From positions 32,001 to 96,000 of the forward strand of contig CAVYCN010000007.1 of NCBI GenBank assembly GCA_963767005.1: a DNA stretch of 64,000 nucleotides, read 5' to 3'. The DNA comes from an uncultured Actinomycetes bacterium (lineage in GTDB: Bacteria; Actinomycetota; Thermoleophilia; UBA2241). The notes below the pieces were generated by a model, which was not told the DNA's origin, searched no databases, and saw nothing but the letters and a program-made list of their open reading frames with translations. The position numbers and the translations under genes are program-made. Shown here piece by piece: positions 19,877 through 28,772 of this stretch (the first letter of the stretch is position 1; each line of letters opens with the position of its first letter).

Positions 19877-20269
19877 TCAGGGGACCGTGAAGTCCACGCC
19901 GCTGGACGTGTGACCGACCAGCCGGAAGGTGTTGCTCACCGGGATCGTGTAGGTGTAGTCGCCCTTGTCCGAGCTGCTCGCCATGTCCAAACCGGACGAG
20001 AACGGGTTCTTCGGCCAGTTGTCGACGTACGTGCCCTTGAGGAAGTTGACACTCCCTGCCACCGGGTACGTGTCGTTGTTGTCGACCGCGTAGCTCTGGA
20101 CGCCCACCTGGATGCTGTGGATGCCCTCCTTGACCGCTGCGTCCTTGGCCTTGTTCCTCTGGTTCAGGAACATCGGGATAGCGATGGCGGCCAGGATACC
20201 GATGATGATGATAACGATCAGGAGCTCGATGAGCGTGAAACCCTTCTGCTGCTTCGAAGCCTTCTTCAT
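19877..20269 (-). CDS. Type IV pilin / pseudopilin (prepilin N-terminal cleavage-methylation motif)
   Basis: KG|[22 protein letters not shown]; 120-aa mature protein without Cys; SD GGAGG 9 nt before ATG. Confidence 0.92.
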   Translation of the reverse strand: MKKASKQQKGFTLIELLIVIIIIGILAAIAIPMFLNQRNKAKDAAVKEGIHSIQVGVQSYAVDNNDTYPVAGSVNFLKGTYVDNWPKNPFSSGLDMASSSDKGDYTYTIPVSNTFRLVGHTSSGVDFTVP

Positions 20270-20508
20270 GCGCACTCACCTCCTCTCTCGCTCAGACCCG
20301 GTGGGGGCGGCGGCAGGCGACGCTCGTTCGCCCGGCGCGGCCACCACCAGCGCCCTCAGCGTGAGGGTGTAGAATTGGCCGGGCTCGGCGGGCGGAGCGA
20401 TACCGACGCGCGCGTCCCGGTTGCCGTCACGACGCCGCGTGAGCGGCGCTTGCGACTCCTCACGGCGGAAAGCGGAAGGTCGCCGACCCTCCACTCTCCA
20501 CACAGAGC

Positions 20509-20536
20509 TTATCGACGAGCGGACACAATAACTTGA
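20509..20536 (-). promoter_or_regulatory. Sigma-28 (FliA/WhiG)-like promoter for the pilin gene
   Basis: Minus strand reads TCAAGTTA-N12-GTCGATAA, against the consensus TAAAGTTT-N11-GCCGATAA. Confidence 0.6.
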
Positions 20537-20554
20537 TGTCACAACTATTAGCCT

Positions 20555-21037
20555 GTGCACTTAATCGTGGCTGACGTGCACGAAGACACGGTCGTCGACG
20601 CGGTCCTCACCGCGAGCCGCGTGCTCGTCGCCATCGCGGCGCGCTCGCTCGCCGACGCCGGCGAAGAGGTCACTCTCACTCAGTACCGCTCACTCGTCGT
20701 CGTCGCCTCGCGCGGGCCGCAGAGCATCGCGGCGCTGGCCGACGCCGTGGGCGTCACCCCGCCGACGGCCTCCAGGCTGTGCGAGCGGCTCGTGCGCAAG
20801 GGCCTGGTCCGCCGCCGCACAGACCGCCGCGACCGTCGTCAGGTGCGTATCGCCCTTACCGCAGGCGGCCGCGAGCTGGTCGACGCCGTGACGGCGAATC
20901 GCCGCCGCGAGATCGCCGCTCTCCTGGCGTCGATGGCGGCCGCCGACCAGGCGCAGCTGGTGACAGCCCTGAGGCAGCTCGCCGCCAGCGCCGGAGAGGT
21001 GCCCGAGCAGGACTGGAGCAGCGGCTGGGACCTCTGA
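20555..21037 (+). CDS. MarR family regulator (paralogue 2)
   Basis: Close paralogue of 19291-19773 (VVDAVLTASRVLVAIAARSL...VPEQDWSSGWDL). Confidence 0.92.
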   Translation: MHLIVADVHEDTVVDAVLTASRVLVAIAARSLADAGEEVTLTQYRSLVVVASRGPQSIAALADAVGVTPPTASRLCERLVRKGLVRRRTDRRDRRQVRIALTAGGRELVDAVTANRRREIAALLASMAAADQAQLVTALRQLAASAGEVPEQDWSSGWDL

Positions 21038-21085
21038 AAGCCGGCCACGGTTTGCGCCGGTCGGCGCCGACCGATACCATCGGCA

Positions 21086-21246
21086 GCGGAGATGCCCGTG
21101 AGGGCCTCGAGGGAAGACGGTGAGATTCCGTCGCGGACCCGCCGCTGTGACCGGGGACGACCGCCGCAACGAAAGCCACTGCCGGTAGGGCCGGCGGGAA
21201 GGCGCGGCGCAAGGACGATCCGGCAAGCCAGAAGACCTGTCTCCGA
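21086..21246 (+). promoter_or_regulatory. Cobalamin riboswitch
   Basis: AGGGAA-GACGGTGAGATTCCGTC-GCGGACCCGCCGCTGTGA, B12 box GCCACTG..CGGGAAGG, AGCCAGAAGACCTG; P1 CGGAGA/TCTCCG; -10 TACCAT at 21075. Confidence 0.93.
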
Positions 21247-21315
21247 GCGGTGCAGAAGGCCGCCCCCGTGGTACCGGGGCGGGCACCGCCGCTGCGTCAA
21301 GGATCCGAAAACGGG

Positions 21316-21364
21316 GATCCCGGGCCGGCTCGCCCTGGCGAGCCGGCCCGGGATCGTCCTTTTG
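21316..21364 (+). terminator. Attenuator terminator of the cobalamin riboswitch
   Basis: 18-bp perfect stem GATCCCGGGCCGGCTCGC/GCGAGCCGGCCCGGGATC, then GTCCTTTT, just before the SD. Confidence 0.8.
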
Positions 21365-21384
21365 TCGGACCGGAGGTCACACGC

Positions 21385-22995
21385 ATGAACGCCCCGCACC
21401 GCCCCCTCGCCGAGCCCGCCGCCACCCCTTCGGTGAGCCCCTTCGTGCGACCGGCGAGTGGCCTGGTGCGCGCGGTCACCTCGTGGCAGGTGTTCGGCTT
21501 CAACGTGATGAACGCCAACATCGGCGTGGGCCTCGTGTGGCTGACGCTGCTCGGCGCCGGCCTCTACCCCGGCGCCAACCTCTACCTCGCCGTGATGCTC
21601 GCCTTCGTCGGCATCCTGCCGCTCATGCTGCTCTACGTGCGCCTCGCCGCCGTCTTCCCGCGCTCGGGCGGCGACTACGTCTCGATCTCGCGCACACTGA
21701 GCCCGGCGCTCGGCTTTGCCGTGAATGCAGCCGCGATGGCCTACTTCTGCCTGTTCGTCGGCCTCGGCGGCCTCTACACGGTGCAGTATGGCCTCACACC
21801 GCTCGCCCAGGTCGTGGCCGCCGTCACCGGCAGCGCCGGCGCCACCCGCCTGGCCGCCGACCTCGGCACCGCGAACGGCACGTTCCTCGTGTCGCTCGCC
21901 GTGCTCGCCGCCTACGCGCTGCTCATGATCCGCGGCGGTCGCCTGTACTTCCGCGCGCAGAGCGCGGCCTTCGTGCTGGGCACGGCCGCGCTTGCCGTCT
22001 GCGTCGTGGCCGGCCTGCTGCTGTCGCGCCACGCTGCCCTGGCCGGCGTCGACCACGCCCTCGCCCGCCTGCACGCCGGCCCGCTCGCGCCGCTCGCCGC
22101 CGGTCGGGCCGCACCGTTCTCCTGGTCGGCGACGCTGCACGCCGCGATCTGGCCGTGGATCGTGTTCGTCGGCTGTTACTTCTCGATCTTCATCGGCGGC
22201 GAGGTACGCAGCCCGGCGCGCACGCAGGCCGTCGGCGTGCTCGGGTCGCTCACCTGGACGCTCGCCTGGCTGCTGGCGGTGATCTTCGCGCTCAGCCACC
22301 TGTTCGGCCTCGGCTTCTTCGCCAACCTGGCCGGCGCGTCGCCCGCCAAGCTCGGCCTGACCGCGACGCCGACCTTTGCCGAGCTCGTCGCCCTCGCCCT
22401 GCGCCACGGCGTGCTCGCCGTCGCGCTGGCCGCGGCCTTCACCGTCTGGGGCTTCGCCTGGGTCGGCCCGACCGCGATGTGCGTGTCGCGCTGCCTGTTC
22501 GCCTGGTCGCTCGACGGCCTCGCGCCGCGCTGGTGTGCCGAGGTGCACCGCCGCTGGCACACACCGTATCGCGCCCTGTTGCTGACCTTCGCGGCCGCGA
22601 CCGCCTTCACGGCGCTCATGATCTACGCCCACCTGTCGCTGCTGTCGGGCATGATCGTGATGGTCGCCGAGTGGCTCTGCGTAGCGGCGGCGGCCGTCGT
22701 GCTGCCCGGGATCGCCGACAGCCGCGGCCTCGTGCTGCCGCCCGCGCGACGCCTGCTGGGCCTGAGCTCCCTCGCCTGGCTGGGCGTGCTCGCCGCGCCG
22801 CCGGTGCTGGTGATCGCCTGGCTCAACCTGACCGACGCCAACTCGGGCACGAGCGTCGCCCACCAGCCCAGGGCGCTGCTGCTCTGGATCGCGATCCTGG
22901 CCGGCTGCCTCAGCCTCTACCGGCTGGTCGCCGGCCTGCGCGAGCGGCACGGCAGCGGGCTCGGCATGGCGGTCCGCCTCCTGCCGCCAGACTAG
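21385..22995 (+). CDS. APC-superfamily permease
   Basis: FVRPASGLVR, FPRSGGDYVSISR, GGEVRSP, SRCLFAWSLDGLAP..VHRRWHTP; ~12 TM; SD GGAGG. Confidence 0.88.
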   Translation: MNAPHRPLAEPAATPSVSPFVRPASGLVRAVTSWQVFGFNVMNANIGVGLVWLTLLGAGLYPGANLYLAVMLAFVGILPLMLLYVRLAAVFPRSGGDYVSISRTLSPALGFAVNAAAMAYFCLFVGLGGLYTVQYGLTPLAQVVAAVTGSAGATRLAADLGTANGTFLVSLAVLAAYALLMIRGGRLYFRAQSAAFVLGTAALAVCVVAGLLLSRHAALAGVDHALARLHAGPLAPLAAGRAAPFSWSATLHAAIWPWIVFVGCYFSIFIGGEVRSPARTQAVGVLGSLTWTLAWLLAVIFALSHLFGLGFFANLAGASPAKLGLTATPTFAELVALALRHGVLAVALAAAFTVWGFAWVGPTAMCVSRCLFAWSLDGLAPRWCAEVHRRWHTPYRALLLTFAAATAFTALMIYAHLSLLSGMIVMVAEWLCVAAAAVVLPGIADSRGLVLPPARRLLGLSSLAWLGVLAAPPVLVIAWLNLTDANSGTSVAHQPRALLLWIAILAGCLSLYRLVAGLRERHGSGLGMAVRLLPPD

Positions 22996-23084
22996 GCGCG
23001 CGACGAAGCCACGCATGCCTGAGCGGCGACTACGAAGTCGATCGCCGGCACGAGGCGCGCAGCGAAGCCACGCACGCCTGAGCG
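22990..23084 (+). repeat. About 1.6 copies of the dispersed ~58-bp repeat, filling the gap between convergent genes
   Basis: GACTAGGCGCGCGACGAAGCCACGCATGCCTGAGCGGCGACTACGAAGTCGATCGCCGG, then a partial copy CACGAGGCGCGCAGCGAAGCCACGCACGCCTGAGCG. Confidence 0.85.
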
Positions 23085-23576
23085 TCAGCGCCGCTCGCCC
23101 TCGATCTTGTCGAGGACGCGCGTGAGGGCGGCGCCGCGGTCGACCGACTCGGATCGCTCACGACGGTGCTCCCGGCGCCGTGCCGGGATGAGCTCGGTGG
23201 CGAGCCTGTCGGGCAGTGACATGACCGTGGCAAGGATGCCGGCGGCCGTGATCACCCACGCCAGGCAAGCCCACAGCGCGGCCCCCGTGAGCAGGATGAA
23301 CCAAAGGTCGCGGCTCAGCCAGGCGGCGAGGGCAAGGATGCCAAGGGCGACGACCGCCACGCGCCCCGTGGCGCCTGCCTGAGGTCCGGCCAGCCGCCGG
23401 CCAGGCGGCGCGACGACAAGCGCCACGAGCCCGGCGTACGCGACGACGAGCAGGACGGCGGTGAAGGGGCTGTGAGCCCAGCTCTGGAAGGTGCGAAGCT
23501 GCTCGCGGTAGGGGTCGTCGGCGAGCCGCGGCGGGCCCAGCACGGCAAGGAGCTTGACGGCCACGCTTGCGACCAT
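23085..23576 (-). CDS. Hypothetical membrane protein
   Basis: SD GGAGG before ATG; 3-4 hydrophobic segments. Confidence 0.6.
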   Translation of the reverse strand: MVASVAVKLLAVLGPPRLADDPYREQLRTFQSWAHSPFTAVLLVVAYAGLVALVVAPPGRRLAGPQAGATGRVAVVALGILALAAWLSRDLWFILLTGAALWACLAWVITAAGILATVMSLPDRLATELIPARRREHRRERSESVDRGAALTRVLDKIEGERR

Positions 23577-23657
23577 GACCCACCTCCGGCGTCGTCACGT
23601 GTACGACCGCACGAACAGCATCATACGCTCAGGCACGGGGGATGTGAATCGCCCGCG

Positions 23658-23769
23658 TTGACCGTCTGCCCGGCTTGACCAACGTCAAGCCGGGCAGACG
23701 GTTAAAACACTACCTCCATGGTGATAAATGCATTGTTTCACCATTTTGGGCGGACCTGACGGGCCCGCC
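23658..23769. promoter_or_regulatory. Three consecutive inverted repeats in a divergent intergenic region
   Basis: 22-bp arms at 23658-79/23684-705 (21/22 match); ATGGTGA-N13-TCACCAT at 23718-44; GGCGG..CCGCC at 23749-69. Confidence 0.6.
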
Positions 23770-23789
23770 ACACCAAGGAGGGGACGTTC

Positions 23790-24374
23790 ATGAACCGCAG
23801 GGTGATCGACTACCTCGTGAGTTCGGCCGGTCTGATCGTCGCGATCGTCTTGCTCGCCGTCGGCGGCCTGATGATCTGGGGTCAGGTCTTCGTCAACCAC
23901 CAGGTCCGCGACCAGCTCACCTCGCAGAAGATATTCTTCCCGCCGAAGGGCAGCCCGGCGATCGCCGGCCCCCAGTTCGCGGCGATGCGGAAGTACGCGG
24001 GCCAGCAGCTCACCACCGGCGCCCAGGCGCAGACGTACGCCAACCACTTCATCGCCGTGCACCTGAGTGAGGTGGCCGGCGGCAAGACGTACGCCCAGGT
24101 GAGCTCCGCGGCCCTGGCCGACCCGACCAACACGACGCTCAAGACCCAGGAGGCGACCCTGTTCCAGGGCACCACGCTGCGCGGCTTGCTGCTCAACGCC
24201 TACGCGTTCGGCACCGTGGCGCGGATCGTCGGTATCGCCGCGATCGTGAGCTTCGTGGGCGGCGGCATCCTGCTGGTCCTGTCGATCCTCGGCTTCGCGC
24301 ACGGCCGGCGGGTCGCCACGCAGACGGCCACGGCGACCGAGACCGCCCGCGCGACCGAGTCGCGAGCCGCCTGA
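23790..24374 (+). CDS. Actinobacterial-type hypothetical membrane protein (2 TM, extracellular loop)
   Basis: VRDQLTSQKIFFP, AQAQTYANHFIAVHL..GGKTYAQ, TLFQGTTLRGLLLNAYAF; SD AAGGAGG. Confidence 0.85.
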   Translation: MNRRVIDYLVSSAGLIVAIVLLAVGGLMIWGQVFVNHQVRDQLTSQKIFFPPKGSPAIAGPQFAAMRKYAGQQLTTGAQAQTYANHFIAVHLSEVAGGKTYAQVSSAALADPTNTTLKTQEATLFQGTTLRGLLLNAYAFGTVARIVGIAAIVSFVGGGILLVLSILGFAHGRRVATQTATATETARATESRAA

Positions 24375-24409
24375 CGAGCGTGGTCGACCCCGTCGTCTGA
24401 CTCCGAAGC

Positions 24410-24441
24410 GAGGCGGGCGGCGCGTACGCGCCGCCCGCCTC
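24410..24441 (+). terminator. Perfect 32-bp palindrome after the membrane protein gene
   Basis: GAGGCGGGCGGCGCGT|ACGCGCCGCCCGCCTC. Confidence 0.6.
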
Positions 24442-24640
24442 TGTAGTGTCCGCGCCCGCCTCCATCCTGCCGGCCGCCGCATGCCCGCATCGCCACCGCT
24501 CGACGGCCGCTCCCCCGCCTTCCCGCCGGCCCTTCGCCTGCGCCGATCGTCGACCGTCGCCCGGCTTGCTCGGGCGCCGGCTTGGGAGCAGACTTGGGAT
24601 GCGACGTGTCCGCGGTGCGACGTGCGATGGGAGGAGGGCC

Positions 24641-25273
24641 GTGGGTAGCCGTCATCCGGCCCGACACAAGTCCGACGCTGCGCTGCACCTCGTGCCGACT
24701 GCGGGCATCAAGCCGGACGAGGGCGACCACCGGCCGGCCGCATCCTCGTTCCGGCGCTATCCGCTGTGGCGCGTGGTCGGCCTCGACGCTCTGACGGCCG
24801 GCCATTTCGCGCTGGGCTGCGCCGCCATCCTCGTGGCCTGGCGCGCGCAACCGATCGTCGCCTGGCCGGTCGGGCTCGCCTACCTCGTCTTTGCCACCGT
24901 CCAGTCGTTCGCGCTCGCGCCGCTGGTCGTGTGCCCGGGCTGCGTCTACCGTGCGGTGGCCGGCGCGCGCTGCCCGAGCGGGCTGAATCTGCTGTCGGCG
25001 CGCCTGTGCCCGCCGGCGAGCGACACTGCCGAGTTCCGCCGGCGCACCTGCGGGCCGCTCTGTCAGACCAGCCTGTCGCTTGTCTCGTGGACCTTCCCGC
25101 TGGCGATGACGCTGGCCGGCTGCGTCGTCCACCTCTCGTGGCCGGCCGTCGTGCTCGTCGCGGCTCTCGCCGCGTCGCTGGCGCTGCGCGTGCTCGTCGG
25201 ACGAGCCGCCGTCTGTCCCCACTGCCTGTCGCGGCGCTGGTGCCCCGTGGCCCGCGCGCTGCGCGCCGCCTAG
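24641..25273 (+). CDS. Cys-rich 4-TM hypothetical membrane protein
   Basis: GTG after GGAGGAG; CPGCVY..RCPSG and CPHC..WCP; start uncertain. Confidence 0.7.
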   Translation: MGSRHPARHKSDAALHLVPTAGIKPDEGDHRPAASSFRRYPLWRVVGLDALTAGHFALGCAAILVAWRAQPIVAWPVGLAYLVFATVQSFALAPLVVCPGCVYRAVAGARCPSGLNLLSARLCPPASDTAEFRRRTCGPLCQTSLSLVSWTFPLAMTLAGCVVHLSWPAVVLVAALAASLALRVLVGRAAVCPHCLSRRWCPVARALRAA

Positions 25274-25344
25274 ACCGTCCGGGGCCCATCCTGCCTCGCC
25301 CTCCCGACCTGCCCGCCGGCGACTTCTCGGCCTGGCTCGACGCC

Positions 25345-26016
25345 ATGCGCGCCGCGCTCCGGCAGGGGCGCGACGCCGACGTGCCCTGCGGTGACTGCTG
25401 CGCCTGCTGCTCCACCGCCCACTTCGTCCACATCGGTCCGGACGAGACCGACACGCTCGCTCACGTGCCGGCCGCGCTCCTCTTCCCCGCGCCGGGCCAT
25501 CCGGCCGGCACCGTGCTCATGGGCTACGACGAGCGCGGCCACTGTCCGATGCTCCGGGACTGTCTGTGCTCGATCTACGAGCACCGGCCGCTGACCTGCC
25601 GCGTCTACGACTGCCGCGCGTTCGCCGCCGCCGGCATCGACGCCGATCGCGATGGGATCACCCGCCGCGCGCGCCGCTGGACCTTCCGATACCCGACCCG
25701 GCGCGATCGCGACGAGCGCGAGGCCGTGCGCGCCGTCGCCCGCTTCGTGCGCGAGCACGCCGCGCTGCTGCCGCCCGGCGCCGTGCCACGCGACCCACCG
25801 CACCTTGCCGTGCTCGCGGTGACGGTCGCCGATGCGTTCCTGCCGGCGGTGAGCCCGACCGGCGACGGCTGCGTGGGCCCAAGCACCGACGATCCTCCCG
25901 CACGCCGGGGCGCGGGCGAGCTCTCCAACGAGCAGCTCGCCCAGCTCGTGCTCGTGGCCGCGCGCCGGCTCATGCTCAGGGCGACGAGGGCGACGCCGCC
26001 CGCAGCCGGCGGCTAG
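25345..26016 (+). CDS. YkgJ / CxxCxxCC family Zn/Fe-chelating protein
   Basis: PCGDCCACC, GHCPML..CSIYEHRPLTCRVYDC. The frame is open upstream, so the true start may be ~25 codons earlier. Confidence 0.82.
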   Translation: MRAALRQGRDADVPCGDCCACCSTAHFVHIGPDETDTLAHVPAALLFPAPGHPAGTVLMGYDERGHCPMLRDCLCSIYEHRPLTCRVYDCRAFAAAGIDADRDGITRRARRWTFRYPTRRDRDEREAVRAVARFVREHAALLPPGAVPRDPPHLAVLAVTVADAFLPAVSPTGDGCVGPSTDDPPARRGAGELSNEQLAQLVLVAARRLMLRATRATPPAAGG

Positions 26017-26121
26017 GGGCGACCGCGGGCGGCGGCGGGCTGGGAAGGCCTCAGTCGCCGCCGTCCATCGTCGGCCAGTCGCGGATGGCCGCCGAGGCAT
26101 CCGCGCTTTCGCGTCGCCGGC

Positions 26122-26763
26122 TCAACCCCGCCAGGCCGGCGGGTCGATCCCCGGGGGCGGGGTCGGCGCCGTCGGCGGGCTCGGGGCACCCACGCCGGGC
26201 GACGGTGACGTCTCGCCCCCGGAAGGCTGTCCCCCGCGATCATCGGTCGGCGACGAAGCGGGCGCCGCGTCCGTCTCCGTGGCACGTTCGTCGGGCGGCA
26301 CCACGCCCGTCTTCTCCGTGCCCGGCTGCTCTTCGTCCTCGTCCCATTCCTCGAAGTCGCTCTCGAGCAGGTCGCTCTCGGGTTCGTCGGCTGAGGCTTC
26401 GAGCTCGGCGAGCAGCGCCAAGGCGTCGGCGGCGTCCTCGCGATCGACCCGTACGGCGCCTCCGCCACCAAAGACCGCCCAGCTATCGGCGAACGGGATC
26501 CCCGCGCTCGTCAGGACGGACTTGACCAGCGCCACCATGCCGGAATCGCCCGACCGGAACACGGTGACGAGCTCGACGGGGCGAGAGGCGGAGGGGTCGC
26601 GGGAGCCTGCCGCTGGGTCTCCGGGAGCAGAGCCGGACAGCCGGTTCACCGCGGCCTTGCCGCGTGGCGACTCCGCGGGCAGCTCATCGACCAGCTCGAC
26701 CCCGCACTCGTCGCAGACGGTGAAGCCGGGAATGAACTCCGCGTGGCAGACGGGACAGAACAA
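26122..26763 (-). CDS. DUF2007-like signal-transducing protein with N-terminal zinc ribbon
   Basis: (M)FCPVCHAEF..CDECGVELV, LVKSVLTSAGIP, VRVDREDAADA; TTG start after GGAGG. Confidence 0.8.
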   Translation of the reverse strand: MFCPVCHAEFIPGFTVCDECGVELVDELPAESPRGKAAVNRLSGSAPGDPAAGSRDPSASRPVELVTVFRSGDSGMVALVKSVLTSAGIPFADSWAVFGGGGAVRVDREDAADALALLAELEASADEPESDLLESDFEEWDEDEEQPGTEKTGVVPPDERATETDAAPASSPTDDRGGQPSGGETSPSPGVGAPSPPTAPTPPPGIDPPAWRG

Positions 26764-26928
26764 CGTCCTCACCTCCTCGATCTCGACTGCCGACAGTGTA
26801 CGCTCCGGCGCGACGGCGACGCGCGCGCGCGCACCGCCGGGCCGCTCCGACCTCGTTGCCTCGCGCCGGCTGTACTACAATCGCGACGGGCGGCGCCGCA
26901 GGCGACCGACCGTCGCACGGAGGCGGCG

Positions 26929-27753
26929 ATGCTCGACGAGTTCGTCAAGGCCAACCTCGGGCTCTGGAACGAGTGGACGAAGGTCCACGAGACCTCGGCG
27001 TTCTACGACCTCGAGGGCTTCAAGGGCGGCAAGTCGTCGCTGCACTCGATCGAGCTCGAGGAGCTCGGCGACGTGGCCGGCAAGCGCCTGCTTCACCTGC
27101 AGTGCCATTTCGGCCTCGACACGCTGTCGTGGGCCCGCCGCGGCGCCGTCGTCACCGGCGTCGACTTCTCGGAGCGCGCCATCGAGCTCGCCCGCTCGCT
27201 CGCGGCCGAGCTCGACCTGCCGGCCACCTTCGTGCAGTCGACGGTCGACGACCTGACCGACAACCTGCGCGGCGAGTTCGACGTCGTCTTTACCTCGTAC
27301 GGCGCCATCGAGTGGCTCGCCGACCTCGACCACTGGGCGCGCACCATCGTCCACTTCCTGGCGCCCGGCGCCACCTTCTACATGGTCGAGCTGCACCCGC
27401 TGGCCCGCGCGCTCGACGACCTGGACGAGCACCCCGAGCTGCGCATCGCCGGCCCTTACTTCCCATCCAGAAAGCCGCAACGGTTCCGCATCCGCGGCTC
27501 GTACGCCGAACCCGACGCGCCGGTCGAGCGCGTCGCCTACGGCTGGACCCACAGCTTCGCCGAGATCCTGAACGCCCTGATCGGCGCCGGCCTGCGGCTC
27601 GAGTACCTGCACGAGTTCCCCTGCTCGGTCGTGCCCTTCAGCCGCTCCATGAAGCGCGCCGCCGACGGCTGGTACTACCTCCCGGACGGCCGCCGCGACG
27701 TGCCGTTCCTCTTCTCGCTCAGGGCTACGCGGCCGGCGGCCGGCGAACCTTGA
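26929..27753 (+). CDS. Class I SAM-dependent methyltransferase (paralogue 1)
   Basis: LLHLQCHFGLDTLSWA..TGVDFS, FDVVFTSYG; SD GGAGG. Confidence 0.92.
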   Translation: MLDEFVKANLGLWNEWTKVHETSAFYDLEGFKGGKSSLHSIELEELGDVAGKRLLHLQCHFGLDTLSWARRGAVVTGVDFSERAIELARSLAAELDLPATFVQSTVDDLTDNLRGEFDVVFTSYGAIEWLADLDHWARTIVHFLAPGATFYMVELHPLARALDDLDEHPELRIAGPYFPSRKPQRFRIRGSYAEPDAPVERVAYGWTHSFAEILNALIGAGLRLEYLHEFPCSVVPFSRSMKRAADGWYYLPDGRRDVPFLFSLRATRPAAGEP

Positions 27754-28646
27754 CCGTGGACGACCGCACAGGACCGGCCGGCGCGTCCGCACAGGCCGCG
27801 GGCCGCGCATCTGCAGAGCCGGCCACAGCCGCGCAGACCGCCGCCAACCGCGCCCTCTGGGACGAGCTCACGGCGATCCACGAGCAGTCGGCCTTCTACG
27901 ACGTCGAGGGTTTCCTGACGGGCAAGTCGAGCCTGGGCGCGATCGAGCTCGAGGAGCTCGGCGACGTGGCCGGCAAGCGCCTGCTCCACCTCCAGTGCCA
28001 CTTCGGCCTCGACACGCTGTCGTGGGCGCGCCGCGGCGCCGTCGTCACCGGTGTCGACTTCTCGGGACAGGCGATCGCGCTCGCCCGCCGACTGGCCGCG
28101 CAGAGCGACCTTCGCGCGACCTTCATCGAGTCCGACGTGTACGAGTTGCCGCGGGTGCTGCACGAGCGCTTCGACGTCGTGTTCACCTCGTGGGGCGTGC
28201 TCTGCTGGTTGCCGGACCTCGCCGGCTGGGCCCGGCTGATCGCCGACTCGCTCGTGCCGGGCGGTGTCTTTTACCTGCTCGACTTCCACCCGTTCCTGTT
28301 CGCCCTGAGCGACGAGAGCGAGCAGCCCGTGCTGGGCGCCGACTTCTACTTCCACGGCGCCGAGCCGCACGCGTGGGAGAACGAAGGCAGCGGCAGCTAC
28401 GCCGATCGCCAGGCGACCGTAACGGCGCCGATCCAGTACGAGTGGGACCACCCGCTCGGCGAGATCGTCACGGTGCTGCTCGACGTCGGCCTCGCGATCG
28501 AGTCGCTCCACGAGTTCGCCAGTCTCCCGATGGCCGGCCTCGACTGGCCCTGCATCGCCGCGCACCCCGACGGCTCGTTCGGCCTGCGCGGTCTGCAGCA
28601 CGAGTTTCCCATGGCCTTCTCGTTGAAGGCCCGGCGCGGCCGCTGA
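27750..28646 (+). CDS. Class I SAM-dependent methyltransferase (paralogue 2)
   Basis: Same LLHLQCHFG motif and FDVVFTSWG; TTG/GTG start at the upstream stop. Confidence 0.9.
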   Translation: MTVDDRTGPAGASAQAAGRASAEPATAAQTAANRALWDELTAIHEQSAFYDVEGFLTGKSSLGAIELEELGDVAGKRLLHLQCHFGLDTLSWARRGAVVTGVDFSGQAIALARRLAAQSDLRATFIESDVYELPRVLHERFDVVFTSWGVLCWLPDLAGWARLIADSLVPGGVFYLLDFHPFLFALSDESEQPVLGADFYFHGAEPHAWENEGSGSYADRQATVTAPIQYEWDHPLGEIVTVLLDVGLAIESLHEFASLPMAGLDWPCIAAHPDGSFGLRGLQHEFPMAFSLKARRGR

Positions 28647-28772
28647 CGAATCCAACAGCCACGGCCCTTCCCGGGACGGGCAAGGGTCCTGTTCTGTTCG
28701 TGCGTGCCATCTCGCGGCACGCGGGGGCTGTGGGTGGCGCGTCGCCCGGACCACGAGCGCAGGAGGCACAGG

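Noticed and set aside
20276-20502. c-di-GMP-I or -II riboswitch in the pilin leader
   Set aside because: Only fragments (CGCAAG, GGCAACC) resemble the consensus; the core elements are not in the right order
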